Assembly (NCBI GenBank): GCA_964016885.1
Contig: CAXHJY010001105.1
Coordinates: forward strand, 372,001-436,000
Origin: Eledone cirrhosa
Taxonomy: Eukaryota
DNA: 64,000 nucleotides
Direction of reading: 5' to 3'
Both the position numbers and the translations under genes were made by a program. The first letter of the stretch is position 1. Each line of letters begins with the position of its first letter. Below, piece after piece: positions 55,037 to 64,000 of the stretch. The notes beneath the pieces are model-generated. The model was not told the DNA's origin. It did no database searches and saw only the letters and a list, made by a program, of their open reading frames with translations.

Positions 55037-55129
55037 TATGTTCACATATATATATGTGTTCGTGTATGTTCACTGACACACACACACATGCATACACGCA
55101 CATATGTGTGTGTGTGTGTGTAGCAGAAA

Positions 55130-56270
55130 AACACCACCACTACCACCACCACCACCACTACCACCACTACCACCACCACCACCACACCACCACCACCACT
55201 ACCACCACACCACCACCACCACCACTACCACCACACCACCACCACTACCACCACTACACCACCACCACCACCACTACCACCACTACCACCACCACCACCA
55301 CCACCACTACCACCACCACCACTACCACTACCACCACCACTACACCACCAACACCACCACTACCACCACCACTACACCACCACCACCACCATTACTACCA
55401 CCACCACCACTACCACCACCACCACCACCACTACCACCACCACCACCACCACTACCACCACTATCACCACCACCACCACCACACCACCAACACTACCACC
55501 ACCACCACTACCACTACCACTACCACCACCTCTACCACCACCACTACCACAACACCACCACCACTACAACCACCATCACCACCACTACCACTACCACCAC
55601 TACCACCACCACCACCACCACCACCACCACCACTACCACCACCACTACTACAACCACCACCACCACCACCACCACCACTACACCACCAACACTACTACTA
55701 CCACCACCACCACCACTACCACCACCACCACTACCACCACTACCACCACACCACCAACACTACCACTACCACCACCACCACTACACCACCAACACTACCA
55801 CTACCACCACCACTACCACCACCACTACCACAACACCACCACCACCACTACAACCACCACCACCACCACTACACTACCAACACTACCACCACCACTACAC
55901 CACCACCACCACCACCACCGCCATTACTACCACTACCACCACTACCACCACCACTACCACAACACCACCACCACCACCACCACCACCACCACCACCACCA
56001 CCACCACTACCACCACCACTACCACAACACCACCACCACCACTACAACCACCACCACCACCACCACCACCACCACCACTACCACTACCACCACCACCACC
56101 ACCACTACACTACCAACACTACCACCACTACAACCACCACCACCACCACCACCACCACCACCACTACCACTACCACCACCACCACCACCACTACACTACC
56201 AACACTACCACCACTACAACCACCACCACCACCACCACCACCACCACCACTACCACAACAACAACAACAC
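55130..56270. repeat. (CAC/TAC)n trinucleotide repeat
   Basis: Direct inspection; intronic in the PRDM14-like gene. Confidence 0.95.
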
Positions 56271-56836
56271 CGTAAGAAGGTGTGACATAGTTCGGCAAAC
56301 GATCAGATCACGTGACGACCGGCAATCGTCCATCATCTACTCCCCCTCCTTCCCTTCCCCCTCTCTTTCTCCCTTCACTCCCAGCCTCCTCCCAGCGTCT
56401 CCCAACCTCTGCCCCCCCCCCCCCCCCCCCCACCACCACCGTCACCACCATACAAACACATCATCTCTCTCCCCCCCCCGCCGCCGCCGCCATATAAACA
56501 CGTCACCTTGTTATACAATGGTTGAAAGAGAATGAAAGACGAGGTGTTGAGCATGTTTCTGGTCGTTGGAAGTGATTTATATACACGTGTATATATATAT
56601 ATACACGTGTATATATATATATATACACGTGTATATATATATATACACGTGTATATATACACGTGTATATATATATATACACGTGTATATATATATATAT
56701 ATATATACATGTGTATATATATATATATATATATATGTATACATGTGTATATATGTGTATATACATGTGTATATATGTGTATATACATGTATATACATGT
56801 ATATATATATATATATACATGTGTATATATGTGTAT

Positions 56837-56882
<46 letters not shown>

Positions 56883-57034
56883 ATATATGTGTATATACAT
56901 GTATATATATATATGCATGTGTATATATGTGTATATACATGCATATATAGACATATATATATATATATATATATATACAAGTGTGTATACACATGTATAT
57001 ATATATATATTGATATATACAAACACATTCATAC

Positions 57035-57077
<43 letters not shown>

Positions 57078-58243
57078 ATTCTGAAATGTGGTGTGGCGTT
57101 GGTGGAGGGGGGGGCGAAAGAATCTAGAAGACAGTGGAATAGAGGAGGGGGAGGGTGTAGAAAGCCGCCAGTGGTGATGTAGGGGGGGGGGAGAAAGAGG
57201 AGAAGAAGGCAAAGAAGAAGAAGAAGAAGAAGAAGGCAAAAAAGAAGAAAAAGAAGAAGGCAAAAAAGAAGAAAAAGAAGAAAGCAAAGAAGGAGGCAAA
57301 AAAGAAGAAAAAGAAGAAAAGGCAAAGAAGAAGAAGAAGAAGAAGGAGGCAAAAAAGAAGAAGGCGAAGAAGAAGAAGTAAAAGGAGGAGAAGGAAAAGG
57401 AGGAGAAGAAGAAGAAGGGGCACGTGTCTGTATCTGCTCCCAATTTCAGGAACACCTAAAACCCTTTACAGAAATCACGATATATTCTACCAAGTCCCAC
57501 CCGGGGGGCCGACATACCAAACTTATTTGTCTAGTTGTTATAATCAAGAACATACTGAAGCTGTTTCCACGTAAATTCTCTGTATATGTGTATATATGTA
57601 TATGTGTATATGTGTGTGTGTGTATATGTGTATATGTGTGTGTGTGTATATGTGTATATGTGTGTATGTGTATATATGTATATGTGTGTATGTGTATATG
57701 TGTATATGTGTGTGTGTATATGTGTATGTGTATATGTGTGTATGTGTATATATGTATGTGTATATGTGTGTGTGTGTATGTGTGTATATATGTGTATATA
57801 TGTATATGTGTATATGTGTGTATGTGTATATATGTGTATATATGTATATGTGTATATGTGTATATGTGTGTGTGTGTATATGTGTATATGTGTGTATGTG
57901 TATATGTGTATATGTGTGTGTGTATATGTGTGTATGTGTATATATGTATATGTGTATATATGTGTATATATGTATATGTGTATATATGTATATGTGTATA
58001 TGTGTATATGTGTGTATGTTTATATATGTATATGTGTATATATGTATATGTGTATATGTGTATATGTGTATATGTGTATATGTGTGTGTGTGTATATGTG
58101 TATATGTGTATATGTGTGTATGTGTATATATGTATATGTGTGTATGTGTATATATGTATATGTTTATATATGTATATGTGTATATATGTATATGTGTATA
58201 TGTGTATATGTGTATATGTGTATATGTGTATATGTGTATATGT

Positions 58244-59561
58244 GGTATTAGAATTGGTGCTCTGACATAGCTATATATATACATGAATGTATGTATAGTA
58301 TATCTAGCAATATGTTGGAAGTTCAATTAAAAACATTTAGAAGACTATTCGCTACCAGTTTTAAAGTAGTGACTATCTCGGCCTCCGGATCTGCCAGCCA
58401 CACCGATGTCGCTGCGGTTCCACCGTGGACTCTTTCGGCCTCCACCCGCTTTCCTGTCGCCACAGTGCCGGCCGCATTCCACGCCATGCTGCCCTCAACG
58501 AGGTCATTAAGCATGGCTTCGACGCTGCAGGCTTCCCTTCCCAGCTCGAGCCGATGAGGCTGGATCGAGGGGACAGCAAAAGGCCAGATGGCATAACCAT
58601 CTCCCCGTTCCGCGGTGGCAAACCCCTCATCTGGGATGCCACTTGCACTGACACTTTCTGCAGCTGCAACCTGGTGCAGTCTGCGACTGACCCAGGTTCT
58701 GCTGCACGTTTGGCTGAGGGGGCCAAACTCCTCAAATACCGGTTGCTCTCCGACAGGTTTGCGGTCGTACCCCTGGCAGTGGAGACTTCTGGTGTCCTCA
58801 GCCCCAGGGCTACCTCCTTACTCACCGCCATAGGCGCTGAGCTGGCCAGCTGCAGGTGTGAGCTCCGCGAATTGGAGTGGCTTTTCCAGCACACCTCCCT
58901 CGCCGTCCCCCGGGGAAACGCCTTCTCCATTCTGTCCCCCGGGGTTGTGGGTGGGCCCCATCGCGTGCCGTTGTAGTTGTTGTAGAAGAAACGGGTTCCA
59001 CTTGTATATTGTATATATTTCTTTCTCCGCCATTTACTTATTTTAGGCAAAAACAAAGAGGGAGAGATTGACAGTATGTTTCTAGCTTGTTGTCATTTAT
59101 CAAAGCCACACACTCAGTTGCCTTCGCCGACAATTATAGAAGCTGGATTATTATAGGATTCCAGTAATAACCAGGAGCTGATAACACAGAGCGATTGCCG
59201 GTCCAGTAAATATTAGGTATTAGGATTGGTGCCCTGAAATAGCGATGTATATATGAATGTATGTATAATATATTTGGCAATATACCGTATGTTTAATTAA
59301 AAACATTTAGAAGACCATACACTATCAGTTTTAAAGCCGTGAATTGTATAAGAATCCAGCTTCTATAATTATCGACAAAGGCAGTGGAATGTGTGGTCTT
59401 GATAAACACTGACAAGTGAGAAACAGACTGTTGGCCACTCTCTCTTGTTTTTGCCGAGAATAAGTAAGTGACATAGTCACTACTTTAAAACTCATAGCGC
59501 AAGGTCTTCCAAATGTTTTTAATTAAAAATACAGTGTATTGCCAAATATACTATACATACA

Positions 59562-59570
<9 letters not shown>
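58244..59570. mobile_element. Diverged repeat with partial-tandem plus inverted copies (pLTR-like), interrupted by a CRE fragment
   Basis: 58244-58367 matches 59216-59337 directly; 59350-59570 is the reverse complement of 58283-58376 joined to 59031-59150. Confidence 0.6.
58377..59030 (+). mobile_element. 3' fragment of CRE-like non-LTR retrotransposon (CCHC knuckle + restriction-like endonuclease)
   Basis: LGLRICQPHRCRCGSTVDSFGLHPLSC...RH..LN...KRPDG...WDAT...AEGAKLLKY...PLAVETSG...RGNA; GC-rich island; stop at 58976. Confidence 0.8.
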
Positions 59571-59625
<55 letters not shown>

Positions 59626-59627
59626 AA

Positions 59628-59945
59628 TTGGGCTACTCAGCCGTTAATATGCATAAGGTAAGTATATACGTTCAACAATCTGGCAGGAAGGTATACGTTG
59701 CTGACGATAGCTAACAAGCTTGAAACTAGTACAGCGTTCCTTTGTCAGTGTTGAACAAACGAGCAACGGTGGTTGCTGGACACTACGGCTTAATACGGGA
59801 TGTTTGTTTACAAACACACCGAGCATTATAATAAATGTTCGGTGAATCCATACGTACATATATATATGTGTGTGCATGTATGTATATATATATACATACT
59901 ACTGTACGTCTGTATACATATATGTATGTACGTATACATACTTAC
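59628..59945 (+). mobile_element. Family B hammerhead element
   Basis: Near-identical to 2264-2563; CTGACGA 59701-59707. Confidence 0.8.
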
Positions 59946-60015
59946 ATTTAAGTAGCAGCTGTACTAAGAGTGGGAAATGAAACTTCGTTTTATTTTTTCC
60001 GTTTATATATATATA

Positions 60016-60088
<73 letters not shown>

Positions 60089-60114
60089 TTCAATCTATCT
60101 TATTTCTCATTCTT

Positions 60115-60150
60115 TCTTCTGATGAAGAACTAGCGTCCGAAACGTTAAGA
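60115..60150 (+). ncRNA. Minimal hammerhead-like motif
   Basis: TCTT-CTGATGA-agaactagcgtcc-GAAA-CG-TT-AAGA; stem II is imperfect. Confidence 0.5.
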
Positions 60151-60218
60151 CCCTCTTCCTGCTATATCAAGCGTTAACCTAATATATTCCTCCCATATAC
60201 TGGTACCGATTGTGTTGT

Positions 60219-60268
<50 letters not shown>

Positions 60269-60308
60269 GTGTATATATATATATATACATATATATACAC
60301 ACACACAG

Positions 60309-60481
<173 letters not shown>

Positions 60482-60490
60482 CACACACAC

Positions 60491-60515
<25 letters not shown>

Positions 60516-60521
<6 letters not shown>

Positions 60522-60912
60522 TATTCTATTATATATATTTCAAGGGTACCAAAACTGTGGTACGCTCTCATCAGATAAAATACAAAGTTTGTTTTATAAA
60601 TTTTGACATAACCAAGAAAAGATACCTCAACGGTTCAAGTTTATCCAGGAAAAACTTGAACCGTTGAGGTATCTTTTCTTGGTTATGTCAAAATTTATAA
60701 AACAAACTTTGTATTTTATCTGATGAGAGCGTACCACAGTTTTGGTACCCTTGAAATATATATAATAGAATATATATGGTCTTATAAATATAGTTTCCAT
60801 TTATTTAATATCATCGAATATTATACTCCAGAAAACTTGTAGAGTGCTCTGAATCAGTTATAAACATTTATATTTGTTGAATTACCAACAAATTGAATAT
60901 CCCTTCTGCTTA
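60516..60912. mobile_element. Family A element with ~125-bp perfect inverted arm
   Basis: 60516-60642 is the reverse complement of ~60652-60778; hammerhead cores at 60568 (-) and 60720 (+). Confidence 0.85.
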
Positions 60913-61089
60913 TACACACATATATATATATATGTGTGTGTATGTGTATACATAAATATATATGTGTATGTGTGTATATGTATGTATGTGTGGGTGTCAG
61001 CGACCTATACACACATGTCACAGACACACACACACACATATATGTGTATCTATCTATATATACACACACACATACACACACACATACAG

Positions 61090-61128
<39 letters not shown>

Positions 61129-61152
61129 CGCACACACATACACACACACATG

Positions 61153-61200
<48 letters not shown>

Positions 61201-61301
61201 TAGTTTCAAACTACTTCGCATTTTCTCATTCTAAATATACTCCATTTTTCCTATGTGGAAAAAATGCGTCGAGTGCTTGATATAAATTGCATCAATATTT
61301 A

Positions 61302-61562
<261 letters not shown>

Positions 61563-61618
61563 CTACGACAAACGGAGGAACACGTGTTAGAACAGGGTCT
61601 TACTACTCTTAGTCACTG

Positions 61619-61671
<53 letters not shown>

Positions 61672-61775
61672 AAGAGGTATATACACATACACATACATAC
61701 ATAGGTATGTATGTATGTATATACATGTTTATATATATATATACATATGTGTGTGTATAAATATTAAACGAAAAA

Positions 61776-61948
<173 letters not shown>

Positions 61949-61949
61949 C

Positions 61950-62530
61950 TCACACTCACGTATTTACTGGTACAACTTCACTCGCACTCACGTCACGTTT
62001 ACACTCTCACTCACATTGATGGGCACTCTCGCACTTTCACTCACTTTCACACTCACCGTCACACTCACTCTCATCCTCACACTCACCCTCAGCCTCACCC
62101 TCACCTCACACTCACACACACCCTCTCACTCTCTCTCTCACATTCACCCTCACACTCTCACTCTCACTCATACTCAACCTCACCCTCACCTCACACTCAC
62201 ACTCACTCTTACACTCACCTTCACACTCTCACTCTCACTCTCACTCACCCTCACCTCACCCTCACACTCACACTCATACCCTCACACTCACACTCTCACT
62301 CTCACACTCACCCTCACACTCTCCCTCACACTCTCACTCATCCTCAGCCTCACCCTCACACTCACACCCTCACACTCACACCCTCTCACTCTCACACTCA
62401 CCCTCACACTCTTACTTTCACTCATCCTCACACTCACCCTCAGCCTCACCCTCACCTCACACCTCACTCACACCCACACCTCACACTCACACCCTCTCAC
62501 TCTCACACTCTCACTTTCACTCACACTCAC
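61950..62530. repeat. (CACACT/CACCCT)n degenerate hexanucleotide repeat
   Basis: Direct inspection; abuts the exon donor. Confidence 0.9.
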
Positions 62531-62657
62531 CCTCATGTGTTTGTTGAGACTGGACGACTGGCTGAAGCTCTTCCCACAGACGGTGCACTTGTGGGGCCTG
62601 TGTTTCTCGTGGACGTGAAGGACGTGGATCCTCAGCCTGTCTCTTTTCTCGAACGAC
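62531..62657 (-). CDS. PRDM14: PRDM14-like exon (zinc fingers)
   Basis: CAG|(R)[42 protein letters not shown]|GTGAGT; near-identical to the PRDM14 signature. Upstream PR/SET exons appear to lie beyond the window. Confidence 0.93.
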
Positions 62658-63462
62658 CTGTGGACACACAGACAGACAGTTATATATATGTATATATGTA
62701 TATATATATAGAGAGAGAGAGAGGAAGAGAGAGAGAGAGAGCGGGAGAGAAACAGAGAGAGAAAAAAATATATATTTAGGAAAAGGTTCAGAAATAGCCG
62801 TCGAAACGGCTTGAGCTCTACCGTCGGGGTCCTGAACCTTTTCCTTTTACCCACGCCACTACCCAAAGTATCGAGTACTCTGGTGCGTCATGGTCTACCT
62901 GGTCCCTTACCACACTTCCTTCATTATGTGTCTTATTTATATCGTAGATTATGTGAAGGACATATAATCTATTTATTACGTTTCCTGGATTGTGAAAATG
63001 GTGGTGTATACGAGAACCATAACACTATTTTGCTTCTCATTTTTAATATTTCTCTACACACAAGCTTCTATATCATACATAAAAAATACTTTACCAATGC
63101 AACCCCCATAATACTCTTGATTGCCCGCTTAAAGTGCTTGTATTACATAAAACACCTTGCCGCACTATAATCTTATAATCTTATATAAATAAGACACACG
63201 TGCATGCCCCACGTGTAACTATTGCATACACTAACTACTTAAAACTATCCTCTTGCATTATCTTCGTAAACTGCCGATGTTGTATTTTAACTTTAATTTT
63301 GTTTTAAGTTTCTTTTAATATGATTTTAATTTTTGAATGTAAATTGCCATGCTAAAATATTATAATGGATGTCACCCCACTGTGCATCGATATATACATA
63401 TGTTTCTGTATGTCTCTTGTGTTAGAAAGGAGGTCATGTATGTAAACAATCATTGAAAAATT

Positions 63463-63507
63463 GCTCCGAAGACACCAAACCTCAGTTTGGACGAAACAAT
63501 TGTAAGC
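63463..63507 (+). ncRNA. Hammerhead motif with U4C core variant
   Basis: GCT-CCGAAGA-ca-CCAAAC-ctca-GTTTGG-ac-GAAA-CAATTG-TA-AGC, followed by AATAAA. Confidence 0.65.
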
Positions 63508-63722
63508 TAATAAATGATTTGAACAGAACTTTGATTCATGTAATTTTTATATAACTGCTCTGTAGAACAACTGCTGTTATTACATTGAGCTATTTATCTT
63601 ACTGGTAATAAGGTAGTAATAAATTACTGTCTTTCACTGTTTAGGGTTTAAAATATATATAACTATAAAAGGTTTTAGTATATACATAACCATAAATAGT
63701 ATCCTTAATACTATGTATATAC

Positions 63723-63776
<54 letters not shown>

Positions 63777-63780
<4 letters not shown>

Positions 63781-64000
63781 TATATTTAATTTGTTGGGAT
63801 CCAACAAGCAAAATATTCTTATAACTGATATAAAGCACTCAACAAATTATTGCATTTTTAAGGGTATGTCAATATTTATTTATAAAACTAACCTATATTA
63901 TATTTTATCTGATGAAAGCGCACCATGGTTTACCTTGGTGGTCCTTGAAATATGTATAATGAAATAAATATGGTTTTATAAATATAGTTTCCATTTATTA
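63777..64000. mobile_element. Family A element with inverted tail, running off the window
   Basis: CTGATGA 63909-63915, stem II CACCA...TGGTG, GAAA-TATGTA-TA. Confidence 0.75.

Noticed and set aside
56577-57455. Phe-rich membrane-like ORFs
   Set aside because: Antisense translation of a (GAA)n-rich purine tract.

Overview
AT-rich, microsatellite-saturated animal genomic DNA. The SINE and repeat repertoire resembles what I recall from octopod cephalopods; this is inference. The only host gene I can support is the 3' part of a PRDM14-like C2H2 zinc-finger gene on the minus strand: exons 62657-62531, 61562-61452, 52593-52425 and a probable last coding exon 42009-41942. The rest is mobile DNA and tandem repeats. 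These include an apparently intact Neptune-type Penelope-like element (PLE) whose two ORFs are joined by an in-phase T TTT TTA slippery site, two truncated PLEs, a 5'-truncated CR1-type LINE, and RTE, RTE-X and CRE-type fragments. There are also tRNA-derived SINEs, a piggyBac-like MITE, and more than 20 hammerhead-ribozyme motifs in short, often inverted elements inserted into (AT)n. An 8.7-kb 65-bp satellite has been amplified in place from an RTE LINE coding segment, and a 105-bp satellite shares a hairpin with a SINE. Nearly all ORFs in the supplied track are microsatellite artefacts.
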